A DNA stretch of 62,402 bases, counting the filler, from an uncultured bacterium (GTDB lineage Bacteria > CAYJOG01): the NCBI GenBank assembly GCA_964371695.1. It is 32 parts of 32 records of this genome, joined end to end, with 100 filler letters (N's around TTAATTAATTAA, not from the genome) between each part and the next. Parts side by side here need not be neighbours in the genome. Positions count along the whole stretch, not along the records: positions 8,176 to 10,089 come from CAYJOG010000602.1; positions 10,190 to 12,102 come from CAYJOG010000603.1; positions 12,203 to 14,107 come from CAYJOG010000604.1; positions 14,208 to 16,096 come from CAYJOG010000605.1; positions 16,197 to 18,083 come from CAYJOG010000606.1; positions 18,184 to 20,068 come from CAYJOG010000607.1; positions 20,169 to 22,051 come from CAYJOG010000608.1; 25 more parts are not named here. One strand, written 5' to 3'. Position numbers and translations under genes: made by a program. A model generated the notes under the pieces. It saw nothing but the letters and a program-made list of their open reading frames with translations, was not told the DNA's origin and did not search any database. Positions 9,297 to 20,241 of the stretch are shown one piece after another (position 1 is the first letter of the stretch; each line of letters opens with the position of its first letter).

Positions 9297-10089
9297 TCAA
9301 TCCTTTTTAACTTCCAGCACCAGCGTGTCGCCCTCAAAAGGCAACACCTTGAGCGACAGGCCGCTGGGTGCGCCGCTGGCGAAATTGGTGCTGGGAACCA
9401 GATGGGTGTCTGAAAGCGGCTGGCCGCTGGGGTCTGGCCCCAGTGTGTCGCCGGGAAAAAACAACAGGCTCGCCAGACCTTTTTTCTGGAACAGTTGGCC
9501 GCTCTGCACCGGAAAGGACGGGTCGTTTGGCACGTTCAGCGTCAGGGGCCGCCATGTTTCGCAGTTGAGGCATTTCTGGATTTGCTGAATAAACGCCAGC
9601 TCGCTGTTGGCGGGGTATTTGTTTTCGTCAATGCGGAACACCGCCAGCCCCCGCTGTTTGGGTTGTGTGCTGTAAACCTTGCCGGGGCCCCGGTTTTCCA
9701 GCAGCAGATAATCCTTGCCCGTGCCGATGCGCAGCATTTCGCCGTGAGTTTCGGCGGGTTTGAGACGGTGAACACCGGGCTGTGTGATGTCCGTGACCTC
9801 GCCCCAGCCCGCCTTCAGGCGGCTCATGGGGTCGGGGAAAGGCAGGCCAGGGTCGTATTGCCCCATGAGTGAGAAATAAAGCCCCCGGCCATATTTTTTT
9901 TCGTGATACAGGTCGCCAAAACCCAGCAGGTGACCAAACTCGTGCAGCGTCACCACCGGGCCGTCAAAAATGCTGGCGATGCCCACGGCCCCCACCTTCA
10001 CGCCGTTCTGTTCAAACACGGCGCTGGGCACCTTCATGCCCGGCGAGATCATCTGGGCGTATTTCATGAGGGTGGGGTTGCTGATGGGC
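9297..10089 (-). CDS. M6 (immune inhibitor A-like) metalloprotease, 5'-truncated
   Basis: HEFGHLLGFGDLY zinc motif, FSLMG Met-turn, GW, YLLLENR. Confidence 0.85.
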
Positions 10090-10189
10090 NNNNNNNNNNN
10101 NNNNNNNNNNNNNNNNNNNNNNNNNNNNNNNNNTTAATTAATTAANNNNNNNNNNNNNNNNNNNNNNNNNNNNNNNNNNNNNNNNNNNN

Positions 10190-10279
10190 CCGCCGGTGTG
10201 GGGCGCCACCGCACGCATTCTGCGCAACCTGCTGGAAGTCCTCCACGGCTGGTCTGACCCGGTGCCGGATTTGCCGTGA
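10190..10279 (+). CDS. C-terminal fragment of CoA pyrophosphatase (Nudix)
   Basis: Manual translation PPVWGATARILRNLLEVL...; VWGATA is the conserved C-terminal motif of this family. Confidence 0.7.
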   Translation, partial: PPVWGATARILRNLLEVLHGWSDPVPDLP

Positions 10280-10305
10280 AGCCGTCCTTTTGAAACACAC
10301 CTCCC

Positions 10306-10445
10306 GCCGTCATTCCCGCGAAAGCGGGAATCCAGTGAAAACAAAAAGGGGGTTTTGTCCTCATGTTTTCATGCCACAGGCGGGACGCCCGTGGCTACTA
10401 CAGTGGATGTTCGATTGGCTTTCCGCCCTGCGGTTCCCACAGGTT
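10306..10445 (-). repeat. Composite ~140-bp element (GTAG-REP + dRS3-like palindrome), near-copy of 62226-62366
   Basis: Co-linear similarity: AACC-TGTGG-AACCGCAG...GTAGTAGCCACGGGCGTCCCGCCTGTGGCAT...TTTCACTGGATTCCCGCTTTCGCGGGAATGACGGC. Confidence 0.85.
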
Positions 10446-10527
10446 GAGCCCCCCCCGGGGGGCCGGGGCGGGCCGCTGCCCGCCGGGCTGGGGTAGGGGG
10501 CCGTCGCCCCCGAAAACAAAAAGAGTC

Positions 10528-10986
10528 TCAGGGGGTTTCGACAGGTTTCTTTTTGTCGTCAAAGGGTTTTTCCACCGGCGCGGTGCCAAAGGCCAGACGC
10601 GTGGCCCCGGCCTGACGCAGGGTATCGGCCAGGGTGATAACCCGTTCGTAGCGCGTGGCGGCGTCGGCCTTGATGACAAACAGCAGGCCCGGTTTTTTGC
10701 CCAGGGCGTCGCTGGTGAGAGCCGACACTTTTTCGATCACCGTTTTCTGGCGGTCGAACATGAGCGCGCCGTCGGCGGCCAGACTCACCTCCACTTTGTT
10801 TTCTTCGATGGGGGCGGCAGTGCTGGCTTCGGGCAGGTCCATGGGCAGCCCCGCCTGCACCAGCATGGGCGAGAGCACCATGAAAATGATCAGCAGCACC
10901 AGGGCCACGTCAATGAAGGGGATCATATTGATTTCCGCGAAGACGGGCGCTTCACCCTCGCCCAGACCCATGTTGACCGCAGCCAT
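10528..10986 (-). CDS. exbD: Biopolymer transport protein ExbD/TolR
   Basis: EINMIPFIDVALVLLIIFMV, IKADAATRYERVI. Confidence 0.92.
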   Translation of the reverse strand: MAAVNMGLGEGEAPVFAEINMIPFIDVALVLLIIFMVLSPMLVQAGLPMDLPEASTAAPIEENKVEVSLAADGALMFDRQKTVIEKVSALTSDALGKKPGLLFVIKADAATRYERVITLADTLRQAGATRLAFGTAPVEKPFDDKKKPVETP

Positions 10987-11877
10987 TTACCCCTCCCTTT
11001 TTTGCGGAGCAGACCACCCGTCTGCGTCCAGATAGGCCAGTTGATCGGGCGGAGGGTCAGAAGATTCGGTGAAGCCGCGCCAGCCGCCGGGCTGCACCTG
11101 TGTGGGGCGGTCAAACGAGGGGCGCATCACGGGGTCGATTTCCGCCGGTGAGGCGGGGGTGGGTGAGGGCTGGTTGCTCACGGGCCGGGGTGCGGCGGGG
11201 GGTTCGGGGGCGGGGGCCACCACGCGGCCCGCCGGGAACGGCACCACCGTGGCGGCTTCCAGCGCCGGGCTGTCCTGCCCCAGATGGCTCAGAGCCGCCT
11301 GGGCCACCCAGGCCACTTCGCGCAGGTGGCGGTTCACCGAGGCGGCCATCAGGTTATAGGCCACCACGGCGGGAATGGCCACAAACAGACCCAGGGCCGT
11401 GTTCACCAAAGCTTCGCTGATGCCCCCGGCCACCACCGCCGGACCTGCGCCCGCACCCACCGAAATCATGTCAAACGCCTTGATCACGCCGATGCAGGTG
11501 CCCAGCAACCCCACATAAGGAGCCACACTCGCCACCGTGGCCAGCCCCTGCAGGCCCCGCTCCAGATTCGAGCGTTCCCGGTTCAGCTCCATCCCCAGCA
11601 TGTTCTGGGCGTCTTCGCGGCCCAGGCAAAAGAGCGCGGACAGCACACGGGCGGCCGGGCTGTTTCCTTCCTGCGCTACGGCGGCCAGACGGGCCACGGA
11701 CTCACGCCCCTGCAACCGACCTGCCATGCGCAGGAGCAGCGCCCCCCGTCCCAGTTCGCGCTTGAGCACCCACAGGCGCTCCAGCACCACCATCAGTGAA
11801 AGGGCCGACAGACCCAGCAGCACCCCGCTGATGGGCATGCCCATCCAGATCAATTGCAACACCGTAAAATGTTTCAT
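10987..11877 (-). CDS. exbB: MotA/TolQ/ExbB proton channel protein with Pro-rich C-terminal tail
   Basis: LATVASVAPYVGLLGTCIGVI, GISEALVNTALGLFVAIPA. Confidence 0.92.
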   Translation of the reverse strand: MKHFTVLQLIWMGMPISGVLLGLSALSLMVVLERLWVLKRELGRGALLLRMAGRLQGRESVARLAAVAQEGNSPAARVLSALFCLGREDAQNMLGMELNRERSNLERGLQGLATVASVAPYVGLLGTCIGVIKAFDMISVGAGAGPAVVAGGISEALVNTALGLFVAIPAVVAYNLMAASVNRHLREVAWVAQAALSHLGQDSPALEAATVVPFPAGRVVAPAPEPPAAPRPVSNQPSPTPASPAEIDPVMRPSFDRPTQVQPGGWRGFTESSDPPPDQLAYLDADGWSAPQKREG

Positions 11878-12202
11878 GAATCAGTCCTTTCGCCGTGCAG
11901 GCGCACCTTGGCCAAGCATGGAATGGTTCTAATGTCCGCCCCTGGGACGCTGGTTTGACACGTCAAAGAAAATTTATGCGTCGTTGGTCCTGACCGACAG
12001 GGGGATTTTAAAAAGGTTGCCCAATTGGGGGGGGGGGGGGGGGGCGGCCCCCCCCCCCGGGGGGGGGGGCGGGGGGGGCCCCGCCCCCCCCCGGCGGGGG
12101 GGNNNNNNNNNNNNNNNNNNNNNNNNNNNNNNNNNNNNNNNNNNNNTTAATTAATTAANNNNNNNNNNNNNNNNNNNNNNNNNNNNNNNNNNNNNNNNNN
12201 NN

Positions 12203-12835
12203 CTGACCGGGAGGCTGGGGCAGGGGCATGTCTTCTGAAAAAGTTTTGAACTCGCTGCCCAGCCACGAGAGAGGATCGCCCGATTCAATCTCTTCAAGGG
12301 GTTCATAACCCGAAGGGGACTGCACCGCCATGAAGCCGCGAAAAGACCGCAGCACCGCCATGGCGGGGTCGTGGCCGCTTTCGCCAATGTGTGTGGAACT
12401 GATGAGGTGATAGCCTCCCCGCGCCCCGCCAATGCCCAGCACCACCTTCACGGTCACGCCATCCGGGCCATGTTGCAGAAACCGTGCGCCGGTATAAGCC
12501 AGCCGCTGCGTGCGGCCCCGATAAACCCGGCTCACCCGCTGAAACCCCACGGCCCCCAGGCGGGTGGCGTGGTAATAGGTTTCATCGGCAGAGAGCGGCC
12601 TGCCCCCGGCGTGTACGCGCACCCACACCTCGGCGGGCAGGGCGGGGTGGGTGTAGTGATAATCCGAAATCGCCACGTTTCTGATTTCGCTGAAATGCCG
12701 CTGCCAGCCGTCGTTGTTGTCCAGGCTGAAATGGCCGTGCGCCTCGAACCGGGCCTGGGCGGTGGACGCGAGACAGACCAGCAGCAGGGCAAACCATGCT
12801 CCGATCGCCGTTTGTCCTGGCCGACGCCTGATCAT
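12203..12835 (-). CDS. Secreted hypothetical protein, 3'-truncated
   Basis: Signal peptide ending AQA; host-like codon usage. Confidence 0.65.
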
Positions 12836-12925
12836 CGCAAAAGAATAACGCGGAAGGGCGTGCTGATGAGGCAGATTTGGCCAGGAGATGCCCTTGCCTT
12901 AACATACCCCCCCAGGAGGCTCCCC

Positions 12926-14107
12926 ATGACCACCCAAAGCACCGTCGCCGCGCCCAGCGGCCAGGAACTGGATTATTCCCCCGTGTTTGAGGAATTGCGG
13001 TCGGCCTTTGCCACCGGGCGCACGCGGCCACAGGCCTGGCGGGTGGGGCAGCTCAAAGCCATTCGCGCCCTGGTGGTGGAAAAGGAAAAGGAACTGACAG
13101 ACGCCCTGCACGCCGACCTGGGCAAGCCGGTGTTTGAGGCCTACACCGCCGAGATGGCGTTTATCCGCTCAGAGGTGGACCACGTGTGCAAACACCTGGG
13201 CCAGTGGATGAAACCCCGCAAGGCCCGCACGCCCCTGGTGTATCAACCCGGCAAAAGCTGGGTGCAACCCGAACCCCTGGGTGTGACGTTTGTGATGGGG
13301 GCATGGAATTATCCGGTGCAGCTTTGCCTTGGCCCCATGGTGGACGCCATTGCGGCGGGCAACTGCGTGTTGCTCAAACCCAGCGAAGTCAGCCCCCACA
13401 CTGCCCGTGTGCTGGCCACGCTGGTGCCCCAATATCTCGACACCTCCTGCGTCAAAGTGGTGGAAGGGGGCGTGGCCGAATCCACCGCGCTGCTCAAGCT
13501 GCCGTGGGATCACATTTTTTATACCGGCAACGGGGCCATCGCCAAAATCGTGATGACCGCCGCCGCCCAGCACCTGACCCCCGTGACGCTGGAACTGGGG
13601 GGCAAAAGCCCCACGGTGGTGGACAGGGACGCCAACCTGAAGGTGTCGGCCAAACGCATTGTGTGGGGCAAGTTCTACAACGCGGGCCAGACCTGCATCG
13701 CGCCCGACTACGTCCTCGCCGATGCCTCTGTCCGCGATGCTTTGGTCGACAAGCTCGTCACCCAGATCGGCGAGTTCTACGGTGTCGACCCGAAGAGCAG
13801 CAGCAGCTTCGGCCGCATCGTCAACGAGCGGCACCTCGGCCGCCTGCAGGGCCTGCTCGATCGGGGGGCGGGCACGGTCGCCACTGGAGGCATCATCGAC
13901 GCGGCCACGCGCTACGTCGCCCCCACCATCACCGTCGATCCCAGCTCTGACAGCCCCATCATGCAGGAGGAGATCTTCGGTCCGATCCTGCCGGTGCTCA
14001 GCGTGGATGGACCGGCTGAGGCGGTGTCGTTCATCACGGCTCGCCCCAAGCCGCTGGCGCTCTATGTCTTCGCCGACGACCAGGCCGCCATCGACACCGT
14101 CGTCGAG
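12926..14107 (+). CDS. Aldehyde dehydrogenase (ALDH3/coniferyl-type), 3'-truncated, apparently chimeric
   Basis: AGGAGG RBS; WNYP, KPSE, YTGN, LELGGKSP, NAGQTCIAPDY, EEIFGP. Confidence 0.95.
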
Positions 14108-14207
14108 NNNNNNNNNNNNNNNNNNNNNNNNNNNNNNNNNNNNNNNNNNNNTTAATTAATTAANNNNNNNNNNNNNNNNNNNNNNNNNNNNNNNNNNNNN
14201 NNNNNNN

Positions 14208-14641
14208 GTCCATATATTTATGAGTTCTCGGACATCGACGCCGGGCCCCAGGGCAACGTGGACCCCACCGGCCTGATGCTGGGCAAGTTCTCGCTCTTTG
14301 AGTTCAGCGCCAAGCTGGACCCGGTGCTGTCCATTCTGGTGCAGAACCACCGCAACGCCGTGAACGCCTTTCTGGGACAGAGCACCGCGTTTCGCCGCGA
14401 TCTGGTAAAGCGCAGCGTGTATGTGCTGGGAGAAGAAGACGACGGCAACGTGCGCTATCTGCATGGCAATCGGGGCAAGGGGGCGTTCACCTTTCTGGGC
14501 GGGCACGACCCGGAGGACTTCGCGCATCTGGTGGGCGAAAAACCCACCAACCTGGACCTTTACCCCAACAGCCCCGGCTATCGCCTCATCCTCAACAACG
14601 TGCTGCTGCCGGCGGTGCGAAAAAAAGAAAAGAAGACGTGA
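14208..14641 (+). CDS. C-terminus of a conserved hypothetical family often labelled 'asparagine synthetase B' in Bacteroidota
   Basis: GGHDPED, PNSPGYRLILNNVL and Lys-rich C-terminus recognised from that family; 5'-truncated. Confidence 0.7.
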
Positions 14642-14734
14642 GGTTTTCGCGCTTGTGGCGCGGATTTATTCCAAGCCACTGCGGTCGAAAAAATCCACGG
14701 AGGGATTTTTGAGATAAGTTCTAGACTACGACCC

Positions 14735-15421
14735 ATGACCCGTCCATGGACCATCTTTCTGGGGCTGATGTTTGCCTGCGCGGGTGTGGGGGTGTTCGGG
14801 TGGAGTCTGGCCGAAACGCCCCCTGTCGCTGCGGTCCAGGTCTTTGCCCTGAACGCCCACGACGACAGCGGGGCAGACCCATCCTTCGCCGCTTTCCGGG
14901 CTTCTTTCATGGGGGCGCTGAAACGGGCGGACTGGCCTTTTCTGGTGGCGGCGAGTCATCCGCTGTCGGGCCTGCCCGCCCAGCAAAAAAAGTTCACGGG
15001 CAAAGCGCAGGAGAAAAAATATCTGACCCTTTTGACCAAGGGGCTGTGGGCGGGTTGTGCCAGGGTCTCACCCCCCAAAGGCGTGGAGGCCGAGTTCGTT
15101 TGCCCTTTTGTGGCGGCCCGATGGCCCCAGGGCGCGAGCGCCGAGAGCCACGTGGCGGTGGTGCGTCAGGGCGTGACCCTGCGGCAGGCTCCCCAGCAGG
15201 GGGGCGTGGTGCTGGGGCACGTCTCGCCGGGGGTTTATCCACTCTGCGCCATCAAAAAAGCCGGGCCAGACGCCAGCCGCTATGGCGGTTACGCCTGCCT
15301 GCGCACACCCCGTTTCAAACAGGGGTTTGTTTTTGAAGGCAATGTGCTGGGGCGCGACGAACTAAAAATGGTGTTCCGCAAGTCGGGGGGGGCGTGGCGT
15401 CTGGCGGGTGTGAAACCGTGA
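14735..15421 (+). CDS. Secreted hypothetical protein (possible SH3-like C-terminal domain)
   Basis: Signal peptide; VTLRQAP and GFV motifs; ends KSGGAWRLAG. Confidence 0.6.
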   Translation: MTRPWTIFLGLMFACAGVGVFGWSLAETPPVAAVQVFALNAHDDSGADPSFAAFRASFMGALKRADWPFLVAASHPLSGLPAQQKKFTGKAQEKKYLTLLTKGLWAGCARVSPPKGVEAEFVCPFVAARWPQGASAESHVAVVRQGVTLRQAPQQGGVVLGHVSPGVYPLCAIKKAGPDASRYGGYACLRTPRFKQGFVFEGNVLGRDELKMVFRKSGGAWRLAGVKP

Positions 15422-16096
15422 GTACCGAAAAAAACAAGCCACTTCCCCTGAGTCTCATGCATCAGGAAATCCTGCAAACCCCCCAGGCCGTGGCGAATCT
15501 GGCCACGGTGCTCAAACGCCGCCCGGCCTGGATTCGCGCCCTGAAACAGCCGCCCCCGCTGGTGGTGCTGGTGGCGCGGGGCAGCAGCGATCACGGCGCG
15601 ATTTTTGGCCGGTATTTTCTGGAAGCCGCCCTGAACGTGCCGGTGGTGAACGCCGCCCCCAGCCTGCAAACCCTGCTGCGGGAAAAACCCCAGTTGCCCA
15701 GGGGGACGCTGGTGATCGGCATCAGCCAGAGCGGCGAGAGCACCGACGTGGTGGCCTGTTTTGAACACCTGCGCCAGCCGGGGGTGCATACGCTGGCTAT
15801 CACCAACACGCCGGGCAGCAGTCTGGCCCTGTCGGCGCAGGAGGTGATGGACCTGGAGGGCGGGCCGGAGTGTTCGGTGGCCGCCACCAAAACCTATTCC
15901 CTCACACTGGCGGCGATTTATGGCCTCACCTGCTGGCTCAAGGGGTTGAATCCCGCCGAGGCCCTGGCCCAGGCCGCCGCAGACATGGCCCGTGGCCTGC
16001 AAAAAAAAGACGACCTCACCCAACACGCCCGGCGTTACAGCTATGCCCTGCAGGCGGCGGTGCTGGGGCGGCTGTTCCATTACGCCAGCGCCAAAG
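15418..16096 (+). CDS. SIS-domain sugar isomerase/deaminase (GlmS isomerase-like), 3'-truncated
   Basis: ARGSSDH, ISQSGESTD, AITNTPGSSLA, SVAATKTY. Confidence 0.9.
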
Positions 16097-16196
16097 NNNN
16101 NNNNNNNNNNNNNNNNNNNNNNNNNNNNNNNNNNNNNNNNTTAATTAATTAANNNNNNNNNNNNNNNNNNNNNNNNNNNNNNNNNNNNNNNNNNNN

Positions 16197-17526
16197 CTGG
16201 TGAATTGTCTCGCCAGGGTCGGGCGGTTTTTTCGCCCTGTTGCCTTCGCCAGGCCCCCCGCCATTGAAAACCGCCCACCAGCACCACGGGGCCGTTGTGG
16301 TGCTGGGCCTGTGTGGCCAGTTCCTCAAACCCGTGCAGCACTTGGGCCCCGTGGCCCCGTTGCTGAAACAGCCGGGCCAGATGGGCCGGTTCGTGCCAGG
16401 GGCCCTGGGTGGTGTTCATCAGCCAGTCGCCGGGGCACAGCACCCGCTGGGGTTGCAGGTGCTGGTGCAGCGCCCGAATGGTGGCGGGGGCCTCTTTGCG
16501 TCTGAGCAGGGCAAACAGCAGCAGGATTTTTTCTTTGGGGAAAAGTTGCCGCACAAAATACCCCAGGGCTGCTGCGGCCTGGGGGTTGTGGGCCACGTCC
16601 TGAATCAGGGGAAAGGGTTTTCCGGGAAGGGTCTGAAACTGGCAGCGCCCCGGCAGGTGATGGCGCAGGTGCAGCTTGTGCGGCAGCGCGCCCCCCGACA
16701 TGTCCACCGCAGCCAAAAGCGCCAGGGCGGCGGCCTGCACCAGCGGGGGATAACGGTGAAAAAAAGCGAGGTGAAAGGGGCCGTGGCCAATTTCCCAACC
16801 CTGCTCAAAGGGGCTGAGCCGCCAGGGGGGGGGCAGGTTCCGGACGAGGCCGGATGAAGAAAAAAAACGGGGGATTTGTGCGCGCCAGTGGTCGCCCTGC
16901 CGGGTAATGACTTCGCCCGCCAGTTTTTTCAGCGCCGGAGAAAGCGGGCCGGTGTAAACGGGTTGGGAGCGGCCCACGATGCCCAGTTTGTCGGTCAGGC
17001 GCTGAGACTGGCTGGGACCCAGCACTTCGGCGTGATCGCGGGCCACGCCGGTGAGCAGGTTGAAATGATGGGGCAGGTGGTTGGTGGCGTCGTGCTGCCC
17101 CCCCAGTCCCGCTTCCAGAATCATCGTGTCCGCCCCCGCCAGATGCGTCGCCACCGGGGCCAGGGCGGTGAGGAACTCAAAAAAACTGGCGAAAGGTTTT
17201 TTTTTCGCGGCGGCCAAAAGCTGCGCGGTGGCTTCATCCAGCAGTTGCAGCCCCAGGGGTTTGCCCTGGAACAAAAAACGCTCGCTGGGACACACCAGAT
17301 GGGGACTCAGAAAAACCATCGGTTTTTTGCCTGCCTGCCGCAGCAGTTCGGCGAGATAAAAACTGGTGCTGCCCTTGCCGTTGGTGCCCGCCACCAGCGC
17401 CGCGTTCTGGGGGGGCAGCCAGGGCGTGGCCTGGGGCAGAAAAGGAGGCGGGCGCGTGAGCACTCCCTGGCGGGGTTGCTCCGGCCCCAGGCTGGCGAGG
17501 GTGTTCAGGAAAAGGTGTTGGGGCAT
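16197..17526 (-). CDS. folC: Folylpolyglutamate synthase/dihydrofolate synthase, 3' end at contig edge
   Basis: VAGTNGKGST, SPHL, FFE, LEAGLGGQHDATN, DH, PGR, DVAHNP. Confidence 0.92.
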
Positions 17527-17529
17527 GGT

Positions 17530-18083
17530 TCAAGTGATGGCGGCCAGAGGCGTGCGGCGGGCGTGGGCGAGGTGTTCCATCAGCAAACGCCATTGTGTGG
17601 TGCGGGGGTGCTCCAGGCCAAAGGCCTCGGCGCTGCACCAGAACCGTTGCGCCAGAAAAAGGCCATAGAGGGGGGCCAGGGTTTCGGGTGTGTGGCCGCT
17701 GCTTTCGGCATAGGTTTTCAGCCCCAGGGCAAAAAGTTTGGCGAACGAGCCGGGTTTCAGCAGCCAGAAGGCCACCCTGTCCGGCCCCACCCGTTCCTGC
17801 TTGTGGGGGGGCAGGTTGGCGGCAAAATGCCGGTCATTGCCCAAGGCGGCTTGGGTGAACAGGTCGAACAGATCAAACACCTGAATGCCCTCCGCCGAGT
17901 AGTTCCGCCAGCCCACGATGAACGCCTGATTGCGGGTGTGCAGAATGTTGCCGGGGCTGAAATCGCCGTGTGTGCCGCCGGTGGCAGGGGGCGCGGTTTG
18001 CAGGCGGGCCAGGGCGTTTTCAAACAGGTGGGTGGCTTTCTGGCTCTGGCCGGGGGGCGGCGTTATGGTGGGGGGCGGTGCGG
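17530..18083 (-). CDS. Aminoglycoside-phosphotransferase-like (APH/kinase fold) protein, 5'-truncated
   Basis: Frame open upstream of the tracked ORF: THGDFSPGNIL catalytic loop followed by FIVGW. Confidence 0.65.
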
Positions 18084-18183
18084 NNNNNNNNNNNNNNNNN
18101 NNNNNNNNNNNNNNNNNNNNNNNNNNNTTAATTAATTAANNNNNNNNNNNNNNNNNNNNNNNNNNNNNNNNNNNNNNNNNNNN

Positions 18184-19118
18184 GGTTTAACCTGCACCTT
18201 TCCCACGGGCCTTCGGGCGAGGGCTGTGTGGTGGAATACTCCAGCCACCAGACCCAGGTGCGGTGGCTGGAGTTGGGGCGGCTTTGTGTCGCCAACCACT
18301 ACGAAGGCCAAAAGATGAAACCCTACCAGTTGGGCGCACCGGTGCATGCCTATCAAAACAGCACGGCGCGATATCAGCGCCTGGACACCCTGACGGCGGA
18401 ACTGCAAAACGCCGTGCCCGCCGACATGGTGAACCTGATGCGCGACCGTTTTGATCCCCTGCTGGAGACACACCGGCCCGTGGGCCACATCGTGGCCAGC
18501 GCCCTCAATGTCCAGTCCATCGTGGCCGATGTCACCGACGGCATGACGTGGGTCAGCAACGGCGTGGCCCCCGCCACCGACAGCGATTTCATTGGCTTTC
18601 GCATTGCCGATCACTTTGACAATCCCCACGCCAGGATCGAGAAACTCAAGGGCGTCCGCCCCGTGGAAATATCGACCGAGCAGCGCGGCGCAGTGGTGCT
18701 GTTCCAGCGGTCTTACATGGCCTACATCCACGAACACGACCTGGAAAAAGCCCGCGCCCTGATTGTGGAAGCCGCCAAGGCAGACCCGCAAGAACCAGCT
18801 TTTCCCATGCTGGCCGCCATGTTGAGCCTGCAGGTGCTGGACATGAAAAACACCCGGAAATTTGCCAAGGCCGCGCTGAAACTGGAGGTGCGCCCGTTTC
18901 AACTGGCCCAGGCCATGACCATGACGGGTTACACCTTTGAAGACCCCCAGGACCGCGCCAAGGCGGTGCGCTGGTATGAAAAAGCCCTGGCAACAGTGGG
19001 CGAGGACAGCAGTGATCTGGTGGAACACCTGAAGAAACTGCTGCTGCGCCCCTTCAAAACTTCTGAGCTGAACAGCATGCGCATCGAATACATGGAGCCC
19101 AGCATCGCCGGGTTGTGA
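18184..19118 (+). CDS. C45-type Ntn-hydrolase C-terminal region + TPR-like helices, 5'-truncated
   Basis: VANHY and NSTARYQRL resemble C45 peptidases; helical C-terminus (ARALIVEAAKADP, AVRWYEKAL). Confidence 0.5.
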
Positions 19119-19186
19119 CAATTGGTTTTTTGGGTGCAAAATTTTCCCCGGATGTAATTTTCAAGACCGGGAACCATACTGTGAGC

Positions 19187-20068
19187 ATGGACAACATCAT
19201 CGCCTATGCCGCTGCCGGGCGCACACAGTTGCTCCTGAATCGGCTGCGGGACTGGCTGCTGTATGAAGGCCATAAAATCGATGACACCTCGGAACTGATC
19301 GCTGGTTTTTGCCGCCGGTTGACCAACGGCGGATTGCCGCTCAGCCGCGTGTCCTTTGCTTTTCAGACCCTGCATCCACTCAACCGCGTGTACCTTCTGA
19401 TCTGGAATCCCGGCCAGGAAAAAATCAACGCCATTCATGCACCCCATGGCGTAGAAAGCACCATTGTTTTTCAGCAAAGCCCTTTTCGGGTTCTTTTTGA
19501 GGGCGGGCCTGCTTTGCGCCGACGGTTGACCGGAGAAGACCCCATGGATTTTTCGGTACTCGAAGATTTTCGCAAGGCTGGCGGCACGGATTACATCGCC
19601 TTGCCCATGCCCTTCAGCAACGGCGAAACCAACGCCTTCACGGCGCTCACTGCGGCAAAAGGCGGCTTCACCGATGAAGAATTGAACCTGCTGCGAGACG
19701 CCACCCGACTGCTCACCCCTTTTCTGGAAATCCGTCAGGTGCGGTCATTGGCCGAGGTCATCGCTGACACCTACATTGGCCCCAAATCTGGCCGCCGTGT
19801 TCTCAGCGGCGCCATTTCGCGGGGCAGCAGCGAAAGGTTCCCTGCGGTCATCTGGTTCTGCGATTTGCGCGGTTTCACTGCGCTTTCCGAAGAGCTCGAA
19901 GCCGATGCGTTGCTGCAAACCCTCAACAGCTACTTTGGCGTGATGTGCGAAGCCGTGAACAAGGAAGGCGGCGAAGTGCTCAAGTTCATGGGAGACGCCT
20001 TGTTGGCCATTTTTCCCATCGTGGACACCTGTTGCGAAAAAGAAGCCTGCATGCGGGCGCTCAAGGCC
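19187..20068 (+). CDS. Class III adenylate/guanylate cyclase, 3'-truncated
   Basis: IWFCDLRGFT, GGEVLKFMGDALLAIF; N-terminal TLHP and SPF motifs of the proteobacterial-type family. Confidence 0.92.
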
Positions 20069-20168
20069 NNNNNNNNNNNNNNNNNNNNNNNNNNNNNNNN
20101 NNNNNNNNNNNNTTAATTAATTAANNNNNNNNNNNNNNNNNNNNNNNNNNNNNNNNNNNNNNNNNNNN

Positions 20169-20222
20169 AAGGCCATTAAAACCAATGAACATTCCTGCTG
20201 TTTTGAATGTTCATTGGTATGA
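20169..20222 (+). repeat. Family C repeat, 3' fragment at contig start
   Basis: AAGGCCA...CCAATGAACATTC-ctgctgtttt-GAATGTTCATTGGTATGA, near-identical to 24216-24268 (-). Confidence 0.85.
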
Positions 20223-20241
20223 GTGAGTAACCCGACGTTTT

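Noticed and set aside
12026-12102. Poly-G/poly-C tract (possible G-quadruplex or phase-variation site)
   Set aside because: Low-complexity run at a contig end, typical of sequencing or assembly noise
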